From: Candidatus Thorarchaeota archaeon
GTDB taxonomy: Archaea; Asgardarchaeota; Thorarchaeia; Thorarchaeales; Thorarchaeaceae
Assembly (NCBI GenBank): GCA_013388835.1
Contig: JACAEL010000014.1
Location: 161,528-225,527, forward strand
Direction: 5' to 3'
DNA: 64,000 nt
The position numbers and the translations under genes are program-made. The notes under the pieces were generated by a model that saw only the letters and a list, made by a program, of their open reading frames with translations, was not told the origin of the DNA and made no database searches. Positions 1-8,817 of the stretch are shown here, in pieces (the stretch's first letter is position 1; every line of letters begins with the position of its first letter).

Positions 1-173
1 CTGTGCACTGCGAGTTCTCTGCGTGAGTCCCACATGCTGCTTATGCGCTCCACGCGCTGTGGATCCCCCGGGAGTAGTACTACTGAGGCCACATCTCCTT
101 CTCTCAGTTCGAGGTGGTACTGCTTCCTGTCACCTGAAGTGGGCTTGGTCGCCGAGACCGTATCATCTGGCAT
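1..173 (-). CDS. nucleoside phosphorylase (PNP/UDP family), N-terminal fragment running off the left edge
   Basis: Not in the ORF track because there is no stop in the window. Manual reverse translation from ATG at 173-171 gives MPDDTVSATKPTSGDRKQYHLELREGDVASVVLLPGDPQRVERISSMWDSRRELAVH. The HL...VLLPGDPxRV pattern is the usual N-terminus of uridine/purine nucleoside phosphorylases. Confidence 0.6.
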   Translation of the reverse strand, partial: MPDDTVSATKPTSGDRKQYHLELREGDVASVVLLPGDPQRVERISSMWDSRRELAVH

Positions 174-282
174 ATGTGTTCTTCATTACTCTGGTCCTCC
201 TTGGATTTGTCGATTTCGCACGTACAGGGGAAAAGTATGATTAGGTACCTACTGCACAGCTTGTGGGCCTGGTGGTCCCATC

Positions 283-1170
283 ATGAGAGAGTTCGAAGAC
301 ATGGAGTATCTGAGCATGGGCAAGCGCGTGCGTCTTCATCGACTGATGTATGAGCATGGTCCCGGTAATGGACGCATGATTGTACTGCCGATTGACCAGG
401 GGTTGGAACATGGTCCCGGCGACTTCGTTCCGAATCCCGAGTCCGAAAACCCCGACTTCCAGTTCCGTCTGGCACGAGAGGTTGGATTCTCTGGGATAGC
501 TCTTCATCTGGGTCTGGCTGAGAAGTATGGTCCAGCTTACGCAGGTCAGGTCCCGATTGTGCTGAAGGTGAATGGTAAGACTCGGATTCCACCTGAAGAC
601 CATGCGTTCTCTCCTATGACTGGTTCCGTAGAGGACGCCGTCAGACTCGGAGCAGATGCTGTAGGTTACACTCTGTATGTGGGTAGCCCCAATCAGCATC
701 TAGACATCAACCAATTCCGCGTCATGAAGAGCGAGGCCGACAGGTTCGGCATCCCGGTCTTCATGTGGGCCTACCCTCGCGGAGAGGCCATCAACAAGAA
801 GGGCGGGCGTGATTCCCTATTCGCAATAGACTATGCGGCAAGAGTCGCGTGTGAGCTGGGCGCTGATGTTGTGAAGCTGAACATTCCCGTCGATGACCCC
901 AAGACAAGATCCTCACAGCCAACCCCCTATGACACCATGGAGTTGAGCCTAGACAGAATGGTTAAGAAAGTGGTGCGTTCTGCTGGCAGGACGAAGGTCC
1001 TCTTCTCCGGTGGAAGCAGGACCGATGACGATGTGCTCTTTGACCGTGCAAGGATATGCATGGAACAAGGGGCCGCTGGACTCATCTTCGGAAGAAATGT
1101 ATGGCAGAGACCATGGACCGAGGCCTTGAGAGTGGCGGCAGAGCTCAAGCGGATTGTTCAGTCTACGTGA
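283..1170 (+). CDS. class I fructose-bisphosphate aldolase (archaeal DhnA/FbaB type)
   Basis: 295 aa. Motifs IVLPIDQGLEHGP, GADAVGYTLYVGS and GADVVKLNIP (Schiff-base Lys context) fit the archaeal class I aldolase / ADH-synthase fold. Confidence 0.85.
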   Translation: MREFEDMEYLSMGKRVRLHRLMYEHGPGNGRMIVLPIDQGLEHGPGDFVPNPESENPDFQFRLAREVGFSGIALHLGLAEKYGPAYAGQVPIVLKVNGKTRIPPEDHAFSPMTGSVEDAVRLGADAVGYTLYVGSPNQHLDINQFRVMKSEADRFGIPVFMWAYPRGEAINKKGGRDSLFAIDYAARVACELGADVVKLNIPVDDPKTRSSQPTPYDTMELSLDRMVKKVVRSAGRTKVLFSGGSRTDDDVLFDRARICMEQGAAGLIFGRNVWQRPWTEALRVAAELKRIVQST

Positions 1171-1333
1171 GTTACTCATACCAAAAGCAAACTATTATAT
1201 GGGCGTAGAATGAATCGAGATTCCACGATACGGGCGCGAAGACACTCGGGTACACCTACGGGCCAATCATTACCCATCGGGTCCTCTGGGACGCCCTGTT
1301 CAGCGTCCTATCACGGTCTCAAGACTCATCTGG

Positions 1334-2506
1334 ATGAGGAGCACAGTAGCAATGGTGGAAACCACACTTTCAGTTATCAAAGCCGACATCGGCTCGCTTG
1401 CGGGCCATGTGATAGTGCCACCCTTCATCACGGAGCTCGCAAGGAAGAGGCTCAAGGAAGGGGTCGAGAAGAAGATCATAAACGACTTCTATGTTGCCAA
1501 TGCCGGTGATGACTTGGAGCTCATAATGACCCATCACAAGGGCGATGGTAATGCGGATGTTCATCAGTTGGCATGGGACACATTTGTCGACTGCGCGAAG
1601 GTTGGCCGCGAGAAGAAGATATACGCTGCTGGTCAAGACATCCTCGCGGACACTTTCAGTGGCAACGTGCGTGGCATGGGTCCCGGCTCAGCTGAGATGA
1701 CACTTGAAGAGCGGAAGTCAGAACCAATGGCAGTGTTCATGGCAGACAAGACGGAGCCCGGCGCATACAACCTGCCGATATTCCGCATGTTTGCTGACCC
1801 ATTCAACACTGCTGGCTTGGTCATTGATCCCAATCTACATGATGGTTTCAGGTTCATTGTTCAAGATGTCCAGAAAGAAGTCCCGTGTTATGTTGAAATG
1901 AAGTGCCCCGAGGAGACATATGACCTCTTGGCACTCATTGGTAGCACAGGCAAGTATGTCATCAAGAGAGTGTACCGAGCCGATGGAATGGTTGCAGCAT
2001 CTGTGAGCACTGACAAGCTGCACAACATAGCCGGCAAGTACGTCGGCAAGGACGACCCCGTGGCGATAGTCCGTGCACACTCGGGCCTTCCTGCGATGGG
2101 TGAGGTCCTCGAGGCCTTTACACTCCCTCACCTTGTTGCAGGCTGGATGAGGGGCTCTCACATTGGTCCACTTCTTCCAGTTGGGCTGAAGGACTCCCGT
2201 TGCACCAGATTTGACGGCCCCCCACGAGTCGTCGCTCTTGGTTTCCAGATTGCCAACGGGATGCTCGTAGGTCCGGTCGATTTGTTCGATGATGTCGCGT
2301 TTGACATATCCCGCCAGCGTGGCATGGAGATTTGCGACTTTCTGCGCAGACACGGTCCCTTCATGCCTCACCGGCTTCACGAGACGGACATGGAGTACAC
2401 GACGCTCCCGAGTGTGCTTACCAAGTGTGAGAACCGCTTCACTGAGGAAGAGATCTCTCCGGGGACGAAGACCAAGGCCAAGTCTGACTCCAAGTCAGTT
2501 GAGTAA
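1334..2506 (+). CDS. fbp: bifunctional fructose-1,6-bisphosphate aldolase/phosphatase (class V FBPase)
   Basis: 390 aa. The N-terminal TLSVIKADIGSLAGH motif and overall length are typical of the archaeal FBP aldolase/phosphatase. The true start may be the ATG at 1352 (MVETT). Confidence 0.9.
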   Translation: MRSTVAMVETTLSVIKADIGSLAGHVIVPPFITELARKRLKEGVEKKIINDFYVANAGDDLELIMTHHKGDGNADVHQLAWDTFVDCAKVGREKKIYAAGQDILADTFSGNVRGMGPGSAEMTLEERKSEPMAVFMADKTEPGAYNLPIFRMFADPFNTAGLVIDPNLHDGFRFIVQDVQKEVPCYVEMKCPEETYDLLALIGSTGKYVIKRVYRADGMVAASVSTDKLHNIAGKYVGKDDPVAIVRAHSGLPAMGEVLEAFTLPHLVAGWMRGSHIGPLLPVGLKDSRCTRFDGPPRVVALGFQIANGMLVGPVDLFDDVAFDISRQRGMEICDFLRRHGPFMPHRLHETDMEYTTLPSVLTKCENRFTEEEISPGTKTKAKSDSKSVE

Positions 2507-2718
2507 GGCACGAAACAACAAGCTTCGGAGCTCAGCTGATTCCGGCCTGACACCTCAAGATGCATCCCGCGGACAGCTGCGCTCCTCAACTGACCTCAGT
2601 CATTGAAAACAGTAGAGTTTCTGAGAGGACCGGGACCTTCGCATGAGTGTGTCCGGTTACGATTGGACGGCTTACCGAGAGAGATTGAAACATGGTGCTG
2701 TTTCGCTCTGCTGCTGTG

Positions 2719-3009
2719 CTATCCGGTCCTCTTTATCACATGATATCCGAACTTGGTCTTGACTGGCTCCGTGGTTATCTGGCCAACACTGAGCGCGAAT
2801 GTGGCTTTCTCGAACTCAGGGACCATCCTACCCTTTCCAAACCAGCCGAGGTCTCCACCTTTCTTCTTGGAGGGACAGGAACTGAATTGCCTTGCCAATT
2901 CTGCAAAGTCATCGCCCGCCTGCAGCTTGCGGATGATGTCTAGGGCTTGGCTGTGTTTTTCGACAAGTATGTGACTCGCTCGAGCTTCGCCGGGCTTTCC
3001 CTTTGACAT
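2719..3009 (-). CDS. parvulin-type peptidyl-prolyl cis-trans isomerase
   Basis: 96 aa. ASHILV..., GGDLGWFGKGRMVPEFEKA and GYHVIKR match the single-domain parvulin (PpiC/Par10) pattern. Confidence 0.85.
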   Translation of the reverse strand: MSKGKPGEARASHILVEKHSQALDIIRKLQAGDDFAELARQFSSCPSKKKGGDLGWFGKGRMVPEFEKATFALSVGQITTEPVKTKFGYHVIKRTG

Positions 3010-3122
3010 GGTGTATTCACCGACTTGGATTCGAGTCGTGCTGTGTGTTAAATGCTTCTGTAGTATCTCCCCCAGTGAGTATTACACTGAAGCTCATCCG
3101 GGCATGACACCATTTCTTTAGT

Positions 3123-3395
3123 GTGAGCGAGTCAAACCTCTCGATGACAATGAGAGTCGTGACGATTTGCCTTCCAGAGTCCTATGTAGATGGCATGGAC
3201 AAGCTCATAGAGCGGGAAATGTACCCGAATAGGTCCGAGGTAATCAGGATAGCAATCCGTGACCTACTGGTCTCCGAGCTATGGGGGGAGCGAAAGCAGT
3301 CAAAGTCCGCCTCTCTGGTTGCGCAGCTTGAAAGACCTATGGAGCAGCTACAGGCAATGAGGGCTTATCAGAAGCAGGAGCTACGGCCCAGCTAA
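3123..3395 (+). CDS. ribbon-helix-helix (CopG family) DNA-binding protein
   Basis: 90 aa with a GTG start. MRVVTICLPESYVDGMDKLIE...RSEVIRIAIRDLL fits a beta-strand plus two helices, as in RHH domains. Confidence 0.7.
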   Translation: MSESNLSMTMRVVTICLPESYVDGMDKLIEREMYPNRSEVIRIAIRDLLVSELWGERKQSKSASLVAQLERPMEQLQAMRAYQKQELRPS

Positions 3396-3396
3396 C

Positions 3397-3401
3397 TTTT
3401 T
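3397..3401 (+). terminator. T5 tract immediately after the RHH gene stop
   Basis: The sequence taa-c-ttttt follows the stop codon directly. Archaeal transcription terminates at oligo-T tracts. Confidence 0.3.
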
Positions 3402-3491
3402 CTGCACGTTACGTCTTTGTTCGTTACGAAGTGGGCGACTTGGGACTACGCCCCAAACACAGATTTCGTTGCCCAGCAAGGAGAAATTCGA

Positions 3492-4094
3492 ATGCGCAGA
3501 CTCTTCCGACGATTGAAGAAAGACGATGGGACTGAAGAAGAAGTGGAGGTACCAACAGAAGCAGAGGCGGAGCCAACGCCCGGAGCAGAGGCGGAGCCAA
3601 CCCCTGAAGCCGCTGGTCCTCCAGCAACAGCTGTGCCTACTCCCGTTGAGGAGTCCCCACCGGAACAGGAGGTAGTATTGAAACCGGCTTCTGGCACAAT
3701 CCCATATCACTCTAACCTCACTGACAGGCTTCTGTATCTCTTCAATGACTCAATGACTCAGAGTCAGATGGCGGGCCCTGACGAGTTCACAATCGAGTTC
3801 ATGGCTATGGGCGAGCGCTTCTGGATTAGAAAGAGTGCCAACGGTCCGATTGAGCACGGTGTGGGTGCCATCCCTGACGAGGATGTCTTTGTCAGGGTGT
3901 CAGACACTGTCACGCAAGAACTGCTATCCGCAGCGACCTTTGACGAGTTCATCAAGGTGTACATGGAGCACTACAAGAACCCCGGTCCAGGCAAGTTTGT
4001 CAAGGTCGAACTCAGAAAGGATGTCAGTAGTCTGAACCGCATGGGCTATGCCCGTGTTCAGCTTCTGAAGCTCATAATTGGCTCTGTCAGGTGA
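3492..4094 (+). CDS. hypothetical protein: acidic Pro/Glu/Ala-rich N-terminus plus SCP2 (sterol-carrier)-like C-terminal domain
   Basis: The ORF spans 3417-4094. ATG at 3492 is preceded by aaggag. The C-terminal part (FTIEFMAMGERFWIRKSANGPIEHGVGAIPDEDVFVRVSDTV...F) resembles the SCP2 fold pattern. The N-terminus contains a 24-nt tandem duplication at 3561-3608. Confidence 0.5.
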   Translation: MRRLFRRLKKDDGTEEEVEVPTEAEAEPTPGAEAEPTPEAAGPPATAVPTPVEESPPEQEVVLKPASGTIPYHSNLTDRLLYLFNDSMTQSQMAGPDEFTIEFMAMGERFWIRKSANGPIEHGVGAIPDEDVFVRVSDTVTQELLSAATFDEFIKVYMEHYKNPGPGKFVKVELRKDVSSLNRMGYARVQLLKLIIGSVR

Positions 4095-4360
4095 AACCAC
4101 CTCTCCTGACACATCCTCTTTCTCTATCTCTATGACTTTGTGACACAACGTTAATAGGTGTGCCCAGACTGGGCCGTCACCGTCAGTCAGAAAGAGTTGG
4201 ACACAGGAGTCCTCTCACTCCCAGGGACTGGCGCTGATCTCACCTCCTGAGGTTGACCGAGTGTCTAATGCGCCAATTTCCGTGTGCACACGTCTGGGCA
4301 GCTGTTGTGAACCCCTCTGTCCAACCATTCCAGTAAGAAGATGTCCCGGAGAAGTGCGTG

Positions 4361-5041
4361 ATGAAGATAGATTTGCCAGTCGTTGTGATCAACTTCAAGA
4401 CCTACCCCCAGGCAACAGGCGAGAGGGCGGTCCTGCTAGCTCAGCAGTGTGCAACCGTGGCCAAAGAGTATGGCGTGTCACTCATCGTGGCCCCACAGGC
4501 TACAGACCTTTACCAAGTAAGCCGTTCTGTGAGCGTGCCCGTGTTCGCTCAACACATGGATTCTGGCGAGCCGGGGCAGTACACTGGTCATCTGTTGGGC
4601 GATGCTCTTATTGAGGCTGGATGTTCGGGCACCCTCCTCAACCATTCCGAGAGACGACTGCTACTTGCTGACATAGAGGCTGCTGTGCGGAGGGCAGAGA
4701 AGCTCAACCTCTACACGATTGTATGCACTAACAACCCAATTACAAGTGCTGCGGCTGCGGCAATCAGACCGTCTGCCATTGCAGTTGAGCCTCCCGAACT
4801 CATCGGTTCAGGCATCTCTGTGTCCCAAGCGAAGCCGGAGGTGGTCTCCGACACAGTGGACATGATACGCAAGATAAACAAGGACGTAGTCATACTCTGT
4901 GGTGCGGGAATCTCGACCGGTGCTGACATCAAGTCCGCCCTCAAACTAGGAGCACAGGGTGTTCTGCTTGCCTCGGCTGTTGCAAAGTCCACTAAGCCTG
5001 GAGAGGCATTGAGATCGCTGATTGAGCCTCTGGTAAAGTGA
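4361..5041 (+). CDS. tpiA: triosephosphate isomerase (short archaeal type)
   Basis: About 226 aa. PVVVINFKTYPQATG, GTLLNHSERRL, AVEPPELIGSG and LCGAGIS are archaeal TIM motifs. The ORF opens with GTG at 4358 followed directly by ATG at 4361. Confidence 0.9.
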   Translation: MKIDLPVVVINFKTYPQATGERAVLLAQQCATVAKEYGVSLIVAPQATDLYQVSRSVSVPVFAQHMDSGEPGQYTGHLLGDALIEAGCSGTLLNHSERRLLLADIEAAVRRAEKLNLYTIVCTNNPITSAAAAAIRPSAIAVEPPELIGSGISVSQAKPEVVSDTVDMIRKINKDVVILCGAGISTGADIKSALKLGAQGVLLASAVAKSTKPGEALRSLIEPLVK

Positions 5042-5054
5042 ACAATCCGGATAG

Positions 5055-5059
5055 TTTTT
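5055..5059 (+). terminator. T5 tract 14 nt after the tpiA stop
   Basis: The sequence is tga acaatccggatag ttttt c. It is an oligo-T terminator candidate. Confidence 0.3.
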
Positions 5060-5096
5060 CACCACTTGGCATTGGTTCGATGTCAGCTGATGACCG

Positions 5097-5978
5097 TTGA
5101 AAGTCACGATACACTGTGCACACTGCCTGTTGAAGCGTGCTCTGAACCAAGCGTCTCTTGCCACTGACGACCCTGAGAAACAGATGCAGGTCATTGCCGC
5201 AATCACCTCCCTTCTCGGCGACCAACTGACCCCGGACTCGGTGCCCTCCCACATAGGTACTGAACGTGATCTGCTGGTACAGAGAATCACGGGCAAGGAT
5301 CCATATAGAGATCTGAAGCGGCAGTCAAACGAAGCCGCCCTGCTTCTTGTCCCGGAACTTGAGAGGATGCTCGCGTCAGTAGTTGAGGGCAGGAAGAGGT
5401 TCAGGACTGCAACACTTGTGGCTGCGGCTGCAAACTCTATCGAGTTCGATGTTTCGGGCCGTGACTTCTCGCTTGAAGACCTGAAGTGCCTGATTGACAG
5501 CGTAGAGGCTGACCTAGCTATCGACCAAGTCGATGAGTTCTATGACCTGTGCACTCGAGTCAAGGACGTACTCTATTTGCTCGACAACGCCGGAGAACTG
5601 GTCTTTGACATGTTTCTCATACGAGAGATACGACGAGCCGGTCCACGGGTCACAGCTGTGGTGAAGGGCGGGGCTGTTCTGAACGACGCCACAGTGGAGG
5701 ATGCTGAATCCGTCAAGCTGAGTTCATGTGCCGACTCGGTCATTTCCACGGGTGCTGCCGCGATTGGTGTCAATCTTGAGCGTAGCTCTGACGAGTTCAG
5801 GGAGGCATTCTACTCATCGCAACTCATTGTTGCAAAAGGAATGGGCAACTACGAGTCCCTAACCGAGTTTAGGCCGCCAAGTCCAACCGTTCACATAATG
5901 AGAACAAAGTGTCCACCAGTGGCAAGTCACGTTGGCGTGCCACTCAACAAGAACGTGGTTCTCATCAGGCTGCCCTAG
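5097..5978 (+). CDS. DUF89 family damage-control phosphatase (ARMT1-like)
   Basis: 293 aa with a TTG start. It has an N-terminal CxxC (IHCAHCLLKR), a DNAGELVFDMF motif and KGMGNYESL near the C-terminus, as in DUF89 proteins. Confidence 0.75.
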   Translation: MKVTIHCAHCLLKRALNQASLATDDPEKQMQVIAAITSLLGDQLTPDSVPSHIGTERDLLVQRITGKDPYRDLKRQSNEAALLLVPELERMLASVVEGRKRFRTATLVAAAANSIEFDVSGRDFSLEDLKCLIDSVEADLAIDQVDEFYDLCTRVKDVLYLLDNAGELVFDMFLIREIRRAGPRVTAVVKGGAVLNDATVEDAESVKLSSCADSVISTGAAAIGVNLERSSDEFREAFYSSQLIVAKGMGNYESLTEFRPPSPTVHIMRTKCPPVASHVGVPLNKNVVLIRLP

Positions 5979-6855
5979 AGTGCTCTCCGTAAGGACCCAG
6001 TATCCGTACATAGGAGGTTGGCGACTCGGTGAAGTCCACCGTCATCTCGGGAAACTCGAGGCTCAGCAGGTACTTGAGCTTCTGCATACCCGGTTCTTCT
6101 GTGACAAATGGACCAAGTTCAAGGACGTTGAGACCCGCCTCACTTGCAAGCAGTCGCATACTTGGACTGAGTTCCCCGGTGACGATGGTCTCTATGTCTC
6201 GTGACTTGGCTGCAAGGACCTCGTCGATGTCGAGCATCATGCCCGCTATGACCAGTACCTCTCTGACTTCGTCATCGAGGTCTCCGGTGAATGTGATGTT
6301 CTGAAGTCTCAACCTTGACGCAAGGAGGTTTGCGAATCCGGAGTGATTCAGAGTCCCCTCTAGTCTGCACACTCTGCCTACTGGTACCGTGTCCGAGTAG
6401 TCCCCTGCAATCTCAAACACGCTCTCCTGCTTCATTCCTAGAGCTTCGACCAGGGTGTCTGTCATTCCTCCCCTCGCTGATATCCATGGTGTTCCTAGGC
6501 AGTATGAGGATATGTAGTTCTTGCTTAGTAGACGAAGCCTGATTAGATTGACCCCCTCAATTCGGTCTACAGGGTGGTGGAACAGCGGTCGACTAGTTAT
6601 GATCAGGTTGGCCTTGTCTTGAGATGCCTTTGTGACAGCTCTTGACGATGGATAGGTGGTGACCAGCACCCTGCTCACGGTTGTGTGCGCCTGTTCAGTC
6701 TCATTCTGTGGTCCGACCTCGACTCGTGGTGTCTCGCCTCTCACTGTGTACTCCCTGGGGACAATCTCGTTGAGACGACATACGATGTCTCGTAGTGTGG
6801 TCATTCTCTTCACCTGTACGACCAGCTCAGTCGTATGTGAAGTGTATGGACTCAT
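5965..6855 (-). CDS. NIF3 (DUF34, YbgI)-like protein, divergent
   Basis: 296 aa. The likely start is ATG at 6804 (MTTLRDIV). LIITSRPLFHHPVDRIEG aligns with the NIF3 liitHHP..f motif, but the first metal-binding His pair is replaced. The 3' end overlaps DUF89 convergently by 14 nt. Confidence 0.55.
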   Translation of the reverse strand: MSPYTSHTTELVVQVKRMTTLRDIVCRLNEIVPREYTVRGETPRVEVGPQNETEQAHTTVSRVLVTTYPSSRAVTKASQDKANLIITSRPLFHHPVDRIEGVNLIRLRLLSKNYISSYCLGTPWISARGGMTDTLVEALGMKQESVFEIAGDYSDTVPVGRVCRLEGTLNHSGFANLLASRLRLQNITFTGDLDDEVREVLVIAGMMLDIDEVLAAKSRDIETIVTGELSPSMRLLASEAGLNVLELGPFVTEEPGMQKLKYLLSLEFPEMTVDFTESPTSYVRILGPYGEHSRAA

Positions 6856-6911
6856 TCCACCTAAAGTCTTGCTGATTGATTGGGCTCTCTCTTGAGAAGG
6901 TCTTGAGGTCC

Positions 6912-7196
6912 CTATGACTGCTCATCCTCTAGGTCGGACAGTTCCTCGTCGCCAAGGTCCTCTTCTTCGGTAATGGTTTCAAGCTCTGGCTCCGGCTCTT
7001 TCGCTTCCTTGACCTTCTTGTCCGGTGTTGAGGGCTCCCGAACCTCTCCCTCTACAGTGCCCCTCTTCTTCCTCAGCCCCCAGAATCTAGTCTTTGCATC
7101 TCGGAGTCTGCTGAGTCTTCTGAAGTCAGCCACAGAGGGGTTCTGCGGCCTGCGTAGACGCCTCAAGTCACGCTTCACGGCCTTTTCATCAGACAT
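6912..7196 (-). CDS. hypothetical small protein, basic N-half and acidic C-half
   Basis: Only the last 94 codons of ORF 6912-7676 look protein-like (MSDEKAVKRDLRRLRR...EEEDLGDEELSDLEDEQS). The upstream part overlaps a better + strand gene. Confidence 0.4.
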   Translation of the reverse strand: MSDEKAVKRDLRRLRRPQNPSVADFRRLSRLRDAKTRFWGLRKKRGTVEGEVREPSTPDKKVKEAKEPEPELETITEEEDLGDEELSDLEDEQS

Positions 7197-7439
7197 TCGG
7201 CTCTTCTCCAGTGGATTCTCCCGCGCCGACACACTTGTTGCTGTTATAACTGTAACGCCCTGGTGCAGGACTGACAATCGAGCTGCGCTCGGTGATTCGG
7301 GAAGCGTCTTCAAGTTGTAGGTCCCAGGTTGGCGTAGCACGTCGGTCAGGCAGTGTTCAACGACTGTCTGGCCTTGAAGGCGGTGTCTGCACATCGCCAG
7401 TAGTACAAGTGGGCAAGCAGAGGATATCTGAGAAGGTTT

Positions 7440-8015
7440 TTGTATGTCCTCGACTTGTCCTTTCATCTCAGGAATCTGAGAGCGATTGGAGTGATTGATG
7501 TGACCCACCATCGTGACGAGGTAAGCATTCGCGTTCGTCTTGAACAGGCCCTCCTCGATCGTGTTGACCGCCTTGTGGGTGAACGAGGCCGGACAAAATT
7601 CATCCGGGACGCTGTGCTCTGGAGGCTCGACCAAGACTATCCCCCAATCGTGAGAGAGCTGGAGCTGGAAGTGCAAGAGCTGAAGTCACGGGTAGAACAC
7701 CTTGAGGCCAGTCAAGCTACAAGCCTGTATTCTAGCTCTATCAGCGAGTCTGTGGAAGCAGATCTATGCAGAGATCACATAGACAAGGGGATTCTCGTCG
7801 AGCTGCTTCGTCGGGAAGGTGTCACAACCACTGAACTGGCCGAGCTGCTTCTTGGTAGCGCTTCAAGGAGGACCACTATCCTGAACAGGATGAATGCCAT
7901 CAACGAGCGAGCGCGCGCGAAGTTTGGAGTGGACGTGGCCCGCTTGGAGAAGGGCATTGTCAAGGGAAAGCGTGGTGCATGGTGGCTCACGGACAGAGCG
8001 CTGATCACCTCGTGA
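7440..8015 (+). CDS. RHH-domain protein with coiled coil and C-terminal wHTH-like region
   Basis: VSIRVRLEQALLDRVDRLVGERGRTKFIRDAVLWRL is a clear RHH pattern, followed by ELELEVQELKSRVEHLE and a helical DNA-binding-like tail. The exact start is uncertain (7440 or shortly downstream). Confidence 0.6.
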   Translation: MYVLDLSFHLRNLRAIGVIDVTHHRDEVSIRVRLEQALLDRVDRLVGERGRTKFIRDAVLWRLDQDYPPIVRELELEVQELKSRVEHLEASQATSLYSSSISESVEADLCRDHIDKGILVELLRREGVTTTELAELLLGSASRRTTILNRMNAINERARAKFGVDVARLEKGIVKGKRGAWWLTDRALITS

Positions 8016-8088
8016 CACGGCACCACAGACCTGTTCATTGGCACTCGCTGGCGTTGCGCGAGGGACATGGCATGGCACTCCGACCAAA

Positions 8089-8098
8089 CGTTTAAAGA
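8089..8098 (+). promoter_or_regulatory. TATA-like box for tRNA-Arg(CCG)
   Basis: cgtttaaaga is centred about 26 nt upstream of tRNA position 1 (8120). Confidence 0.5.
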
Positions 8099-8119
8099 AC
8101 TCAGATGGGCCGTGATTTC

Positions 8120-8230
8120 GGGGCCATAGTCTAGCCAGGTCTCGTGTTGCCAACTGGTGACACGGGTGGCATATTGGGCGCCTGCCTCCGGAGCAGGAGT
8201 TCGTGCGTTCGAATCGCACTGGCCCCGCCA
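8120..8230 (+). tRNA. tRNA-Arg (anticodon CCG) with a roughly 33-nt D-loop intron (about 8142-8174), CCA encoded
   Basis: Hand-folded. The acceptor stem is GGGGCCA/TGGCCCC and the D-stem is GTCT/GGGC. The anticodon arm is CCTGC-CTCCGGA-GCAGG and the T-arm is GTGCG-TTCGAAT-CGCAC, with discriminator G plus CCA. The D-loop is interrupted after AGCCAGGTC. Confidence 0.85.
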
Positions 8231-8568
8231 AGATCTCTCGGCGTCAGCTGCCAACTCGTTGGACCTTAAATTGCACTGTACTGCACTCCATAGTGTCTGA
8301 GGTCTCCCGAATGAGGTCGCATTCAGAACAGCCAAGTCTAGAGAGTGTTCCTGTCGTGCAGGAGTGGAGTAGGATGCTGAATGGTCCGCGAGGAAAGAGC
8401 GTGCTCGATACTCTTGACGAAGGAGAGAGTTTCATTCTGCAGACGTCTCGTCATGTACTCAGAGTCACGAAGTCCGGGGGCAAAGCTGTAGTAGAGCTCG
8501 TTTCCGTGTACTAGTGAGCCGACAACCATGTTCTCATGGCTTTTCTTGTTGAAGCCTTCAGCGAAGAC

Positions 8569-8578
8569 TCTATAAACG
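8569..8578 (+). promoter_or_regulatory. TATA box for tRNA-Arg(GCG)
   Basis: tctataaacg is centred about 25 nt upstream of tRNA position 1 (8599). Confidence 0.5.
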
Positions 8579-8598
8579 CAATGTGCGACCCGTCTACT

Positions 8599-8706
8599 GG
8601 GGCCGTAGTCTAGCCAGGTCTTGCGGGTACTTGACCCGTGAGTAGCAAACAAGGCACCAGCCTGCGGAGTTGGTTGTCCCCGGTTCGAATCCGGGCGGTC
8701 CCGCCA
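8599..8706 (+). tRNA. tRNA-Arg (anticodon GCG) with a roughly 30-nt D-loop intron (about 8621-8650), CCA encoded
   Basis: Hand-folded. The acceptor stem is GGGGCCG/CGGTCCC and the D-stem is GTCT/AGGC. The anticodon arm is CCAGC-CTGCGGA-GTTGG and the T-arm is CCCGG-TTCGAAT-CCGGG, with G plus CCA. The insertion follows AGCCAGGTC. Confidence 0.85.
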
Positions 8707-8817
8707 CTGTTTCTTCCTGTACGGTTTCGGCGCGACACTTAAAAGCCGTGATAATTCGGCGTTCGCTAGCTTGCCCACTCGGCATGGGCTTGCAATCTAG
8801 ACCCCGGGACATGACAC

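Noticed and set aside
2600-2700. cattgaaaac (about 2610) and gattgaaac (about 2683), resembling the 3' end of CRISPR repeats
   Set aside because: There are only two occurrences. The preceding 20-25 nt are unrelated, so no repeat-spacer periodicity exists and this is not an array.
6912-7676. The full 254-aa minus-strand ORF
   Set aside because: Its N-terminal 160 codons overlap the plus-strand gene, which has a textbook RHH motif (VSIRVRLEQALLDRVDRLVG...), and they have an odd composition. Only the last 94 codons (6912-7196) were kept as a candidate.
8203-8514. A small ORF between the two tRNA genes (plus-strand 103 aa, or minus-strand ~63 aa)
   Set aside because: Both strands give short ORFs here. 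The plus-strand ORF starts inside the tRNA, and neither has a recognisable fold or start context. I could not decide between them, so it was not called.
7775-8778. ORFs 7775-8335 (-), 7863-8231 (-), 8338-8778 (-) and 8594-8812 (-), with translations such as ...RFERTNSCSGGRRP... and ...PGFEPGTTNSAGW...
   Set aside because: They run straight through the two tRNA-Arg genes on the opposite strand. Their 'conserved-looking' peptides are simply translated tRNA T-arm and acceptor sequence.
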